Origin: a virus
Taxonomy: Duplodnaviria > Caudoviricetes
DNA length: 58,744 bases
Direction: 5' to 3' (one strand)
IMG/VR virus record: IMGVR_UViG_3300032282_001014
Location: 1-58,744 of that record
Below the pieces are notes generated by a model. The model did not search any database. It worked only from the letters and a program-made list of their open reading frames with translations, and was not told where the DNA came from. A program made the position numbers and the translations under genes. Below are positions 1 through 9,312 of this stretch, one piece after another (position 1 is the first letter of the stretch; each line of letters starts with the position of its first letter).

Positions 1-207
1 ATGAAAGACAAACTACACAAGCGCAATAGCGACTTAAACCAACAGGTTGCTAAATCAACCCGTCCACAGTTGCCAAGAGACGGCAGCAGAGACGGTCAGA
101 ACAACACAGACCGGATGCCAGCAGGTTATATCTCTGTTTGGGATTTTGGCAATGGTGAGCAAACTAAACGCAGCCCAACCACAGGTGGCGGCAAAAAGGT
201 GTGCTAA
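1..207 (+). CDS. small hypothetical protein (5' branch, probably from a related phage)
   Basis: 68-aa ORF abutting the next ORF (TAAATG); lies outside the circle defined by the terminal overlap. Confidence 0.5.
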   Translation: MKDKLHKRNSDLNQQVAKSTRPQLPRDGSRDGQNNTDRMPAGYISVWDFGNGEQTKRSPTTGGGKKVC

Positions 208-549
208 ATGGCTAATAACATTCCGTTTCAACCGATGGGTAAAACCACTCGGATAAATGTCACAACGTCGGCAAACACAGTTGCTATTCTGTCTGACAGC
301 CCTGCTAATCAAGTAAGGATTCATAACGGAACTGCGGCTGAAATATTTATTCGTTTAGGCACGGCTAGTACGGATGACGCTGTTATCCCTACGGCTGGAA
401 CTCCTGCTTATGGCGTGCTATTGCACAACAATCAAACAGTTATTTTAACTGCGCCTAAACAAGCAGCAAATACAGCGGTGTTGTATGTGTCAGCCATTAT
501 TGCTACTGGCACAGGAACTATTTACGTAACTCCGGGTGAGGGCTTGTAA
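208..549 (+). CDS. putative virion structural protein, beta-rich (5' branch)
   Basis: 113 aa, T/A/V/G-rich beta-strand pattern ending YVTPGEGL; coupled to neighbours by TAAATG/TAATG junctions. Confidence 0.55.
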   Translation: MANNIPFQPMGKTTRINVTTSANTVAILSDSPANQVRIHNGTAAEIFIRLGTASTDDAVIPTAGTPAYGVLLHNNQTVILTAPKQAANTAVLYVSAIIATGTGTIYVTPGEGL

Positions 550-809
550 TGAGTTGGGCTGACGCACTAAAGGCGATTATTCCGATAGTGGTTGCCAGCC
601 TAGCTTGGCTTCTCGGCGAGGTTGGCTCATTCAATACCAGACTGACCAAGATTGAAGGCCAGATGCCAGCGTTGATTACGCCGCAAGGGGTGCCAACTGA
701 CAGTCCGTTAAGTGCAGAGGCTAGGCACAAGCTAAAAGAAGACATTTACAAAGACCTGCATGACCTTCAGGTTCGCATCAAACTAATGGAAGAAAGGGCT
801 AAGAAATGA
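549..809 (+). CDS. lysis-module membrane protein (N-terminal TM plus coiled coil); diverged copy of 58295-58555
   Basis: Hydrophobic AIIPIVVASLAWLLG; 76/86 aa identical to the ORF at 58295; ATGA overlap with the holin. Confidence 0.7.
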   Translation: MSWADALKAIIPIVVASLAWLLGEVGSFNTRLTKIEGQMPALITPQGVPTDSPLSAEARHKLKEDIYKDLHDLQVRIKLMEERAKK

Positions 810-1318
810 TTCCTATCGTCGGTGCGTTGCTTGGCACACTTGCTGAAAGTGGACTAGGTCTATTGTCTAGTGCTATTCAAGCAAAAGGCAAAGAGGTTGT
901 TGAGAACACGCTTGGCATTAAGATTCCAGACAACCCTACTCCTGCGGATGTTGAAAAACTACGTCAGCTCCAATACGACCATGAAGAACGATTACTAGAA
1001 CTTGGTATTGAAAAAGCCAAGATGGAACTAGCAGAACTACAACTATTTGCTGACGCTGCTAAGAACGAAGATAACAACGTGTCTACTCGATGGAGTGAAG
1101 ACATGGCGTCTGACTCTTGGTTATCCAAGAATATTCGACCTATGAGCTTAATTGCTATTTTCTGTGGCTACTTCTTATTTGCCATGATGTCTGCGTTTGG
1201 CTACAACGCTAACGAGTCGTATGTTAATTTGCTTGGTCAGTGGGGCATGTTAATAATGGGTGCGTATTTCGGTGGTCGCACGATTGAGAAACTTGCAGAA
1301 CTGAGAGGTAAAAAATGA
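806..1318 (+). CDS. putative holin (3-TM, GTA-holin-like)
   Basis: Hydrophobic N-terminus, coiled coil, SDSWLSKNIRP followed by two TM segments and AYFGGRTIEK; directly upstream of the endolysin. Confidence 0.7.
   Translation: MIPIVGALLGTLAESGLGLLSSAIQAKGKEVVENTLGIKIPDNPTPADVEKLRQLQYDHEERLLELGIEKAKMELAELQLFADAAKNEDNNVSTRWSEDMASDSWLSKNIRPMSLIAIFCGYFLFAMMSAFGYNANESYVNLLGQWGMLIMGAYFGGRTIEKLAELRGKK
896..998 (+). repeat. 103-bp exact repeat of the contig end (58642-58744)
   Basis: Base-by-base identity gttgttgagaacacg...gattactag at offset 57746. Confidence 0.95.
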
Positions 1319-1653
1319 GCCTCGCACAAGAACAAGCAGCTTTTCTTTTAGACGCTTGCAAGCTTATTCAGTACGCAACTGAACAAGGCTTTGTGGTTAC
1401 TGGCGGTGAGTTAGCACGTACTCCAGAGCAACAAGCAATTTACTTTAAAAACGGTCGCTCTAAAACCATGAACAGTATTCATTTAAAGCGTTGTGCAATC
1501 GACTTAAACTTCTTCAAAGACGGCAAAATTATTTGGGACAAAGCCATCCTTGCTCCGCTAGGTGCTTATTGGGAATCTTTGTATCCAAAGAACCGTTGGG
1601 GCGGCAACTTTAAAAGCCTTGTTGATTGTCCTCACTTTGAGCGCAATGTCTAA
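1315..1653 (+). CDS. endolysin, M15-family Zn peptidase (L-Ala-D-Glu type)
   Basis: RTPEQQ, SIHLKRCAIDL (SxH...D) and WGGNF...DCPHFE motifs. Confidence 0.85.
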   Translation: MSLAQEQAAFLLDACKLIQYATEQGFVVTGGELARTPEQQAIYFKNGRSKTMNSIHLKRCAIDLNFFKDGKIIWDKAILAPLGAYWESLYPKNRWGGNFKSLVDCPHFERNV

Positions 1654-1674
1654 TACAAAGAAAGGTAATTCGTA

Positions 1675-1836
1675 ATGGATTCTTTAGAAACAAAGTTTAC
1701 AACCCATGAGGCTGTTTGTGCTGAGCGATGGAGAGAAACTATTCTCCGTATTAAGCGTATAGAAGCTATACTTATTGGCTCTGCAGGAGCAATTATATTA
1801 CTGCTTATAAACATCGCTTTTATGAAACATCCTTAA
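1675..1836 (+). CDS. small membrane protein (HEAVCAERW type), not in the ORF track
   Basis: 53-aa ORF MDSLETKFTTHEAVCAERWRETILRIKRIEAILIGSAGAIILLLINIAFMKHP with a C-terminal TM segment; upstream AAGG. Confidence 0.6.
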   Translation: MDSLETKFTTHEAVCAERWRETILRIKRIEAILIGSAGAIILLLINIAFMKHP

Positions 1837-1839
1837 AAC

Positions 1840-1868
1840 TTGCCTCTAATAGCTTTCAAGGGTATAAT
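1840..1868 (+). promoter_or_regulatory. sigma70-type promoter TTGCCT-N17-TATAAT
   Basis: Exact 17-nt spacing in an intergenic gap; same architecture at 44319 and 47796. Confidence 0.75.
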
Positions 1869-1917
1869 TTTCACAGGCGCAAGCTGCACCAGCTGCTAGT
1901 ACTTACGGAGTATATAA

Positions 1918-2547
1918 ATGTACACGATGACGTACGAGAGCTTGCTGGAAGACGTTCGCCGCTACCTCGAACGAGGCTTCACTGCCGAGAGCGACGCGAT
2001 AGTCTATGATCAGCTGCCACGCTTAGTAACTCTGGGAGAGCGTAGAATCTCCCGCGAATTGAAGATAACAGGCTTCATTCGAGCAGTCACGACCCCACTC
2101 TCCCCTAGCGTTGCTGTTTACCTTAAACCTGATCGCTGGCGCGACACAGTCTCTATGACTGTTGATGGTCAGCCTATATTTGGTCGGTCTTACGAATACT
2201 TACGTTATTATTGGCCAGATGAATCTGAAACTGGAACACCTGAGTTTTACGCAGATTATGATTATCAACATTGGTTGATAGTTCCTACTCCGACTACGGC
2301 TCAGACTTTAGAAATTCTATACTACGAGCAACCTCGCTTTTTAGGCGAAGATTTTCAAACGAACTGGGTCACTGAATATGCCCCAGATGCGTTACTTTAT
2401 GCAACTCTGCTAGAAGCTGCACCGTTTCTTAAAAACGATGAGCGGATACAGACATGGCAAGCTATGTACGATCGTGCTGCACAGGCTCTCAACGGAGAAG
2501 ACCTTAAACGTATCTTAGATCGTACAGCCACTAGGAGTGAAGCGTGA
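1918..2547 (+). CDS. head-tail adaptor / tail tubular protein
   Basis: P-EFYA...IVPTP...LEILYY...NW...PDALLYATLLEAAPFLKNDERIQTW pattern of podovirus adaptor proteins; first gene of the tail operon. Confidence 0.7.
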   Translation: MYTMTYESLLEDVRRYLERGFTAESDAIVYDQLPRLVTLGERRISRELKITGFIRAVTTPLSPSVAVYLKPDRWRDTVSMTVDGQPIFGRSYEYLRYYWPDESETGTPEFYADYDYQHWLIVPTPTTAQTLEILYYEQPRFLGEDFQTNWVTEYAPDALLYATLLEAAPFLKNDERIQTWQAMYDRAAQALNGEDLKRILDRTATRSEA

Positions 2548-3740
2548 CTATTTACACAGATGTTTTTGGCGGCGCAAACATATATCCAAGCGATGTAAGT
2601 TACAGCTCATTAACTTTAACTACAGATGTTATTCTAAGCTGGCCAGAAGAAACTTCTACGTCTACTAACCTAGCTACTAGGATTATAGATGTTAACGCTA
2701 CTGTGGCTTCTAGAAGTATATTCTTACCGAACGCTTCTCAAGCAGCTAACGGCGAAACGATACTATTTAACAATACCGGCGCAAACACGTTTGTAGTTAA
2801 AAACGCTACTGGAACTCAAGTTGTTTCGTTAGATGCAGGGACAGTTTGGCAAGTATATTTAACTGATAATTCTACTGAAGCAGGTTCTTGGGTTGCTTTA
2901 CAATATGGCGCTGCTGTTTCTGCAGCCAATGCTTCTGCTTTAGCAGGAACGGGTATCATAGCTATCGGCACGCTGCTTTCGCAGTCCATGCCTATTGTGC
3001 AATTTAACACAGCTTATAACGCTGGTGCTACAGACAGAGCTAAGATGTATGTTTGGGGAGGTTCTGGTGCAGGTGGTTTAGGCTTACCAAACGCTGCCAC
3101 AGTTGGAAACAACTGGTTTATGTACCTTAACAATGCCGGTGGTGGTGATGTTACGGTTACGCCTGATGGTATTTGTAACATTGACGGTTTAGCTACAAAA
3201 ACATACCAACCAGGAAATTCTTCAGTAATCGTCAGCGACGGTACAGATTATTACACTGTAGGTTTTGGTCAATCTGCTATTTTTATTTTTGATTATACAG
3301 TGATTGATGTTTCAGGTTCTGGAGACTATACGCTTACTGGGTCTGAGCTTAATAGAATCGTTTATAAATTTACCGGAGTTTTATCGGGTGATTTAGATGT
3401 TTTAGTTCCTGATACGGTTCAGCAATACTGGGTAGATAATTCTACAACAGGGGCATACGTTTTAACTGTTCGGTCAACAACTGGTACTGGTCCTGTCGTG
3501 AATCAAGGTGCTAGAGCTATTTTATATTGCGACGGAGCTGACGTACTTGACGCAGACACTTCTACAGTAGCTTTCCCTATCAGCATCGCTCAAGGTGGTA
3601 CAGGGGCTACTTCTGCAGGTAACGCATTGATTAATTTAGGTGGAACCGCAACCGGCATACCTATATTTACGGCAGCTTCTACCGCTGCTGTTTGGTCAAG
3701 TTTAGGTCCGATCCCTGTAGTTTCAGGCGGTACATTCTAA
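2544..3740 (+). CDS. tail/fibre-associated structural protein
   Basis: 398 aa, T/G/S/V-rich with repeated beta modules and the SIAQGGTGATSA fibre motif; GTG start overlaps the upstream stop. Confidence 0.65.
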   Translation: MTIYTDVFGGANIYPSDVSYSSLTLTTDVILSWPEETSTSTNLATRIIDVNATVASRSIFLPNASQAANGETILFNNTGANTFVVKNATGTQVVSLDAGTVWQVYLTDNSTEAGSWVALQYGAAVSAANASALAGTGIIAIGTLLSQSMPIVQFNTAYNAGATDRAKMYVWGGSGAGGLGLPNAATVGNNWFMYLNNAGGGDVTVTPDGICNIDGLATKTYQPGNSSVIVSDGTDYYTVGFGQSAIFIFDYTVIDVSGSGDYTLTGSELNRIVYKFTGVLSGDLDVLVPDTVQQYWVDNSTTGAYVLTVRSTTGTGPVVNQGARAILYCDGADVLDADTSTVAFPISIAQGGTGATSAGNALINLGGTATGIPIFTAASTAAVWSSLGPIPVVSGGTF

Positions 3741-5266
3741 TGCAAGATACCACTATCGTTTTACGTTCTGAGCCAGGAATTAAACGGGACGGGACTAAAT
3801 TTGAAGGTAACTTTTACACTGACGGACAGTGGGTTAGATTTCAGCGAGGTTTACCTCGCAAAATAGGAGGCTACCGCTCAATCAGTAAATACTTGACTGA
3901 AATAAGTAGAGGTATAACTTCTTTTACGCAACAAAATTTTGTTTATTGTCATTCTGGTAGCTCTTACACGTTGGAACGATTCACTGTGGATGGTTCAGGT
4001 AACACGTCTATTATAAGCAATAGAACACCGTCCACATTAGTTAATTCTGATTTGAATCAATGGATGTTTGATTATCAATATGATTCGTCCAGTAGTTTCA
4101 ATTCTGTCGTTGCTCACGTTGCACCTAATTTAAGCTGTATATGTAATGATGTTGCTGGCCAGATATTTATTGGAGATGTTTTAGATACTACTCCTTTAGT
4201 AGAAATAACTTTACCGGCTGGCGCAAATGTTACTGGGGGTATCGTTGTTCTACATCCGTATTTGTTTTATTACGGTACTGACGGTATTATTGGTCATTCT
4301 GTTGCCGGAGAACCTACGGATCTAGTAGGAGTCGGTTCTAATATTGCTAGACCGTGGGGACAAAAAATAATTAAAGGTTTGCCTTTACGTGCTGGTGCAG
4401 GTTCTGCTCCTGCAGGATTGTTTTGGGCATACGATGCCGTTATACGTGCTACTTTTACTGGCGGTCAAACAACTTTCCAATATGACGTTATAGCTACTGA
4501 AACCTCTATAATGTCTGAAAATTCTATCGTAGACTATGATGGAGTTTTCTTTTGGGCTGGTATGGATCGTTTTTTAATGTTTAACGGTGTGGTGCGTGAA
4601 GTTCCTAACCAGATGAACCTGAATTACTTTTATGACGGTTTAAACACAAACCAACGGTCTAAAGTTTTTGCATTTAAAGTTCCTCATTTTGGTGAAATAT
4701 GGTGGTGTTATCCTAGAGGAAACGCTATTGAATGTACTCACGCTATAGTTTATAATGTTAGAGAAAATAGTTGGTACGACACAGAACTACCTAATTTAGG
4801 TCGGAGCGCAGGAGTTTATAACAACTCGTTGATGGCTCCTCTTTTAACTGGAGTTGTTCCAACTACAGAAGGTTATCACGTTTGGATTCATGAACGTGGG
4901 ACAAATGAAATTAATGGGCAGTCTGTAAACCCAATATCATCGTATTTTGAAACTGCAGATTTATCTCAACTGGTGCAGGGTAAAAATGTTTACACTAGGA
5001 TAACAGGTATAGAGCCTGACTTTATCCAATCTGGTCCGATGACGGTTCAAGTGACGGGTAGAGCAAACGCTCGTGCTCCTGAAGTTTATAGCTCTTTATT
5101 TAGTTTCCCTGAGCAGGCAGATTTACCGTATGAGCAGGTTGTTATGCTAAAAGAGCAGCGTAGAGAAATACGGGCTAGATTTAGCTCTAATGCAGTTAAT
5201 GGTGACTACCAAATGGGTCAAATTATTGGCCATGTGACTACTGGCGATGGAACGATGTTAGGATGA
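3740..5266 (+). CDS. tail nozzle / DNA-stabilisation protein (P22 gp10 / T7 gp12-like)
   Basis: ~508 aa from the ATG in the TAATG overlap; beta-propeller-like text with FGEIWWCYP...IVYNVRENSWY; position after the adaptor. Confidence 0.7.
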   Translation: MQDTTIVLRSEPGIKRDGTKFEGNFYTDGQWVRFQRGLPRKIGGYRSISKYLTEISRGITSFTQQNFVYCHSGSSYTLERFTVDGSGNTSIISNRTPSTLVNSDLNQWMFDYQYDSSSSFNSVVAHVAPNLSCICNDVAGQIFIGDVLDTTPLVEITLPAGANVTGGIVVLHPYLFYYGTDGIIGHSVAGEPTDLVGVGSNIARPWGQKIIKGLPLRAGAGSAPAGLFWAYDAVIRATFTGGQTTFQYDVIATETSIMSENSIVDYDGVFFWAGMDRFLMFNGVVREVPNQMNLNYFYDGLNTNQRSKVFAFKVPHFGEIWWCYPRGNAIECTHAIVYNVRENSWYDTELPNLGRSAGVYNNSLMAPLLTGVVPTTEGYHVWIHERGTNEINGQSVNPISSYFETADLSQLVQGKNVYTRITGIEPDFIQSGPMTVQVTGRANARAPEVYSSLFSFPEQADLPYEQVVMLKEQRREIRARFSSNAVNGDYQMGQIIGHVTTGDGTMLG

Positions 5267-5493
5267 CGACTATAACTAGACCGACGTATATGTCTTTGAA
5301 CGACTGGGCAGACCAGATCATTCTTGACCTTGATGCTTACGGTTCGTTTGGTCGTTTAGATGATGTTACGCAATGGCAAAATTGGGCTGTGCAGTTTTTA
5401 AACAATACTGATATAGGTAGAAATCCGCCAAATCCGTTTCAGTACGACAATTGGCAAGATTGGGCAGAGCGTCTCTGTCAATGTTTGACATGA
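5263..5493 (+). CDS. small Trp-rich virion-module protein
   Basis: 76 aa with WQNWA/WQDWA; ATGA overlaps at both ends. Confidence 0.6.
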   Translation: MTTITRPTYMSLNDWADQIILDLDAYGSFGRLDDVTQWQNWAVQFLNNTDIGRNPPNPFQYDNWQDWAERLCQCLT

Positions 5494-5936
5494 TGAGATT
5501 TATAGGTTTTGACCGAGAGGACGAAGCCGAAAAATGGGCTAAAGAAATGATTGGCACACCGGATGTTACAGGTTTTTGCCGAGTTATGTCTGCAGTTGAT
5601 GAAAATGATGAATTTGTATGCGCTGTCGTTTTTACAAATTTTTCATCTAGAAATGTAGACGTAAACATTGTTTTAAAGCCTAAAGGGTTCGATTCACCGA
5701 AAGAGTTTTTAGTATTGTTTAATGGTGTTTTTAGTTATATATTCGGTCAGCTAAAAGCTGTTAGAGCAACCGGATTGATTAGAGGTAAAAACATAGCCTC
5801 AAAGAATTTTGTAGAACATTTAGGTTTCAAACTAGAAGGTGTAATGCGTAAGTCTTTTGAAGATGACGATTTACACATTTACGGGTTTCTAGCAGAAGAG
5901 TATAATACACATACATGGTATAGAGGTAACTTATGA
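5490..5936 (+). CDS. GNAT-family acetyltransferase in the morphogenesis module
   Basis: NIASKNFVEHLGFKLEGVMR is the RimJ/RimL-type GNAT motif; start chosen at the ATGA overlap. Confidence 0.75.
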   Translation: MMRFIGFDREDEAEKWAKEMIGTPDVTGFCRVMSAVDENDEFVCAVVFTNFSSRNVDVNIVLKPKGFDSPKEFLVLFNGVFSYIFGQLKAVRATGLIRGKNIASKNFVEHLGFKLEGVMRKSFEDDDLHIYGFLAEEYNTHTWYRGNL

Positions 5937-7900
5937 ATGAGAACATGATGACAGGCTCTATGCCTATGGATCCTAGAATGGCTCCTCCTACGGGAGATAT
6001 GCCTATGGATCCTATGATGGGTCGTCCTGATTCACCTCCCATGCAAGGTGGTAGACCTCAGGTTCTAAATAAAGAGACTATTTTAAATATTGCAAATAAA
6101 GATGCACGGCTTCAGCAGGGTATTGACGAAATTGAACAACAAATTGCGAATATGCCTGTCTCTTCTGGGGACGTTAAAGAAATCATTAAAATGTTGGAGT
6201 TTGTTTTAAACAATCCTGACAAATATGAAGCAGTTAGAGCCGCAGCTATTAAAGACGGGGTGGTCGATGAAGATCAAGTTCCTCCCCAATTTGATAAAAT
6301 TTTCATCATATCATTGCTTGTTGTTTTATACGGGGTAGAAGAAAGACTTGACGGTCAAGGGTTTGCTCGTGGCGGTTTAGCTGTAGCTAGAAGCTTACAA
6401 GCTAAAGGACGTGGTGGCGACACAATGCTAGCCCATATTAACCCTAGGGAAGCTGAAGTGTTGCGTAGGATGGGTGGTTCAGGTACTATCAACCCAAACA
6501 CAGGACTCTATGAATTTAAAAGTCTTAAGAAACTTATAGGCGCTGCGCTACCTATTGTATTAGCTGTTGCAGTACCAGGAATTGGAACAGCCATCGGTAC
6601 AGCTTTAGGAGCTGGTACAGGTATTGGCGCAAGTATTTTAGGTGGAGCTGTTTTAAATGCTGGTAGTGCGGCGTTAACTGGAGGCGATGTTGGCCAAGCT
6701 GCTTTAATGGGTGGTTTGGGAGGCGGTTTAGGCGGTGTTGTGGGAAGTACAGTCGCTCCTGGCTCAAGCGCAGCTATGCAAAACGTCATAGGTAGCGGTT
6801 TAATTGGTGGTGCTTACGGAGCGGCTACGGGTAAAGGTTTCATGGAAGGTGCTACGTCCGGTGCTATAGGCGGGTATCTTGGAGACAAATTCGGAAGCGG
6901 CTCTAATGCTTCTATAAACGCTGGAGCTAAAAGTTTTGGAAACGCTTTAACCGCAGGGTATGACCCTAAAACAGCAGCTTTAACAGCTTTAGCTGCCGGA
7001 GGAACCCAATACGCTACAAATGCTTATAATGGCACTCAAGATGCGTCTCAAGGTTTGAAAATGAAACCGGCTGAAATGACTGTAGATGGGTTAAAAGCAC
7101 CTCCAGCTCCTGGCGATCCAGTTAGATTTAGCGGTTTGAGTCAAGCTAACACTGATTTGTATGGAAATCCAAAATTTATAGACACAGGAACTCAAAACGC
7201 AAATTACAGTTTAAGTAATACTCCTAATGCTGCAAGATCAATGTCAGGAAACTTTAGTACTGTTCCTTCAGACGGAAGCATTTCAAACAACTTGACGGTT
7301 CCTGCAGGTTATAATAACCCAATAGGTTCTTCTATAGGAGCACCGCAGGGTAATAGTGGTCTTTTAGGTGGAAACTATAGTTACGGTGACTTGGCAACGG
7401 CAGGACTTCTTGCTAGTTCTTTGTCAAGTTCTCCTCCTCCTGAAGCAGAAAAAGCTATAGACTCTATGTCTGCTGATCAAAAAGAGTATTTTAACAGACC
7501 TTCTGTTTCTTGGGATTGGAATAGAATGATGCAGGACGCTAACAGACTAAATTTAAGTTTATCTGATTATATGGCTACAAATTGGAATAAAATAACATCA
7601 GGTACTTATAATTCACCTGTTAAAATGGCTAACGGCGGTGTTTTATCTATGATTGGACGATTTGCACAAGGTGCTGGTTCTGGTCGTGAAGACACTATAG
7701 ACGCTAAACTTTCCGATGGAGAGTATGTTATGGACGCTGAAACAGTAGCGTTACTCGGAGACGGATCTAACAAAGAAGGTGCGCTTCGTTTAGACGCAAT
7801 GCGGGCACAGCTCCGCAAGCATAAAGGTAAAGAGATGTCTAAAGGTAAATTTAGCGCTAATGCAAAATCACCACTCCAATATTTTAAAGGAGCGATGTAA
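5933..7900 (+). CDS. internal virion / DNA ejection protein
   Basis: 655 aa with G/A-rich hydrophobic helices; DTMLAHINPREA...INPNTGLYEF and DTIDAKLSDGEYVMDAETV segments; FARGG and MANGG motifs. Confidence 0.65.
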   Translation: MNENMMTGSMPMDPRMAPPTGDMPMDPMMGRPDSPPMQGGRPQVLNKETILNIANKDARLQQGIDEIEQQIANMPVSSGDVKEIIKMLEFVLNNPDKYEAVRAAAIKDGVVDEDQVPPQFDKIFIISLLVVLYGVEERLDGQGFARGGLAVARSLQAKGRGGDTMLAHINPREAEVLRRMGGSGTINPNTGLYEFKSLKKLIGAALPIVLAVAVPGIGTAIGTALGAGTGIGASILGGAVLNAGSAALTGGDVGQAALMGGLGGGLGGVVGSTVAPGSSAAMQNVIGSGLIGGAYGAATGKGFMEGATSGAIGGYLGDKFGSGSNASINAGAKSFGNALTAGYDPKTAALTALAAGGTQYATNAYNGTQDASQGLKMKPAEMTVDGLKAPPAPGDPVRFSGLSQANTDLYGNPKFIDTGTQNANYSLSNTPNAARSMSGNFSTVPSDGSISNNLTVPAGYNNPIGSSIGAPQGNSGLLGGNYSYGDLATAGLLASSLSSSPPPEAEKAIDSMSADQKEYFNRPSVSWDWNRMMQDANRLNLSLSDYMATNWNKITSGTYNSPVKMANGGVLSMIGRFAQGAGSGREDTIDAKLSDGEYVMDAETVALLGDGSNKEGALRLDAMRAQLRKHKGKEMSKGKFSANAKSPLQYFKGAM

Positions 7901-9303
7901 TGGCAAGTACCACTTTATTTCAAGGTAAACCACAAACTGCTACGTCTTATGTTAAGACGTCTACAGAAACTCCAAAGTGGATGCAAGATGCTATTTATAA
8001 TCAAATACAAGTAGCTACAAACCTTGCCAATAAACCTTATGAAGAATATACTGCTCCTCGGGTAGCAACGCTTACTCCATTGCAGCAGCAAGCTTATAAA
8101 GATATTAATGCTAATCAAGGTTTTTGGAAAGACAATTTGGGTAATGCCCAAAAAGATATGTATAGTCTTTCTGGTAAAGGTACAGCTGATGATTTAACTA
8201 AAGCTCAATCAGCTTATTTAAGTCCAGATTCAATATCTGAGAATCTTGAAGCGGGTCAAGGTTATTTTGGTCAAGCTGGAAAAATAGATGCGTATGGGGC
8301 AGCTTCTCCGTATTTCAAAGATGCTTATGGTAAAGATATAACAGGTGCGGCAGACCCGTATTTCAAAGATGCTTCGGCGCTGAGTCCGTTAACTTCGGCT
8401 GGTGGATTTTTAAAGACAGCGGCAGGTACTTCTGTTGCTGATGTTGAAAATTATATGAATCCGTATGAAAGCGGAGTCATGGATGTTTTAGCTAAGCAAG
8501 GTGCTCGTAACCTTAAAGAATATACTTTACCTGCTGTTTCTGACGCATTTATTAGAGCTGGGCAATTCGGTAGCGGTAAAATGGGTGAATTTGGTGCTCG
8601 TGCTCTTAGAGACACTAATGAAGCAATTGCAAATCAGCAAGCTCAACTAGCCAACCAAGGTTACGGACAAGCTTTGTCTGCGTCACAAGCTGACCTTGCT
8701 CGACAAGCTCAACTTGCTGGAACTGCGGGTCAGTTAGCTGGTCAAGAGCAGCAAAACTTGACAAACCTTGGTCAAACTTCTGGTCAGCTTACCGCTCAAG
8801 AGCAGCAAAATTTAATTAACTTGGGTCAAAATACTGGTCAGATGAACCTGCAACAACAGCAAAATCTTGCTAATTTAGGTCAAATACAAACATCAGCTGG
8901 ACAGGCTCAACAACAGTTCGGTTTAAGTGCTGCTCAAGCGGCTCAACAGGCTCAAGCGGCTGACTACCAACGTCAGATGGGTGCGTTAGGTAGTTATGCG
9001 CAGATGCAGCAGCAAGAACAAGCTATGCGTAATACTGATGCGGCATCTTTAGAAGCGGCAGGTCAAGCTCAACAAAGAGTTAAACAAGCTGAACTCGACG
9101 CAGCTTATCAACAGTTCGCTGATAAACAGAACTACGGTAAACAGCAAGCAGATTGGCTTAGTACTCAAGTGCGAGGTATGGCTCCGATTACTCCTACTTC
9201 TCAGACGCAATCTGGTAATACTTCTGGAGCTACATATTCTCCTTCTGGTCTGCAACAATTAGCAACTGCCTTTTACACTGGTAAAGCTCTGTCGAGTATT
9301 TAA
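7900..9303 (+). CDS. internal virion / ejection (pilot) protein, Q/A-rich helical
   Basis: 467 aa; YMNPY motif, Q-rich 18-aa repeats, S/T-rich tail ending in an amphipathic helix. Confidence 0.65.
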   Translation: MASTTLFQGKPQTATSYVKTSTETPKWMQDAIYNQIQVATNLANKPYEEYTAPRVATLTPLQQQAYKDINANQGFWKDNLGNAQKDMYSLSGKGTADDLTKAQSAYLSPDSISENLEAGQGYFGQAGKIDAYGAASPYFKDAYGKDITGAADPYFKDASALSPLTSAGGFLKTAAGTSVADVENYMNPYESGVMDVLAKQGARNLKEYTLPAVSDAFIRAGQFGSGKMGEFGARALRDTNEAIANQQAQLANQGYGQALSASQADLARQAQLAGTAGQLAGQEQQNLTNLGQTSGQLTAQEQQNLINLGQNTGQMNLQQQQNLANLGQIQTSAGQAQQQFGLSAAQAAQQAQAADYQRQMGALGSYAQMQQQEQAMRNTDAASLEAAGQAQQRVKQAELDAAYQQFADKQNYGKQQADWLSTQVRGMAPITPTSQTQSGNTSGATYSPSGLQQLATAFYTGKALSSI

Positions 9304-9312
9304 GGAATAAAA

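Noticed and set aside
5490-5936. GNAT as the PaMx11-type DNA-base acetyltransferase
   Set aside because: It lies in the virion operon on the opposite strand, between the nozzle and ejection genes where podoviruses often carry a GNAT; no flavin lyase partner is present
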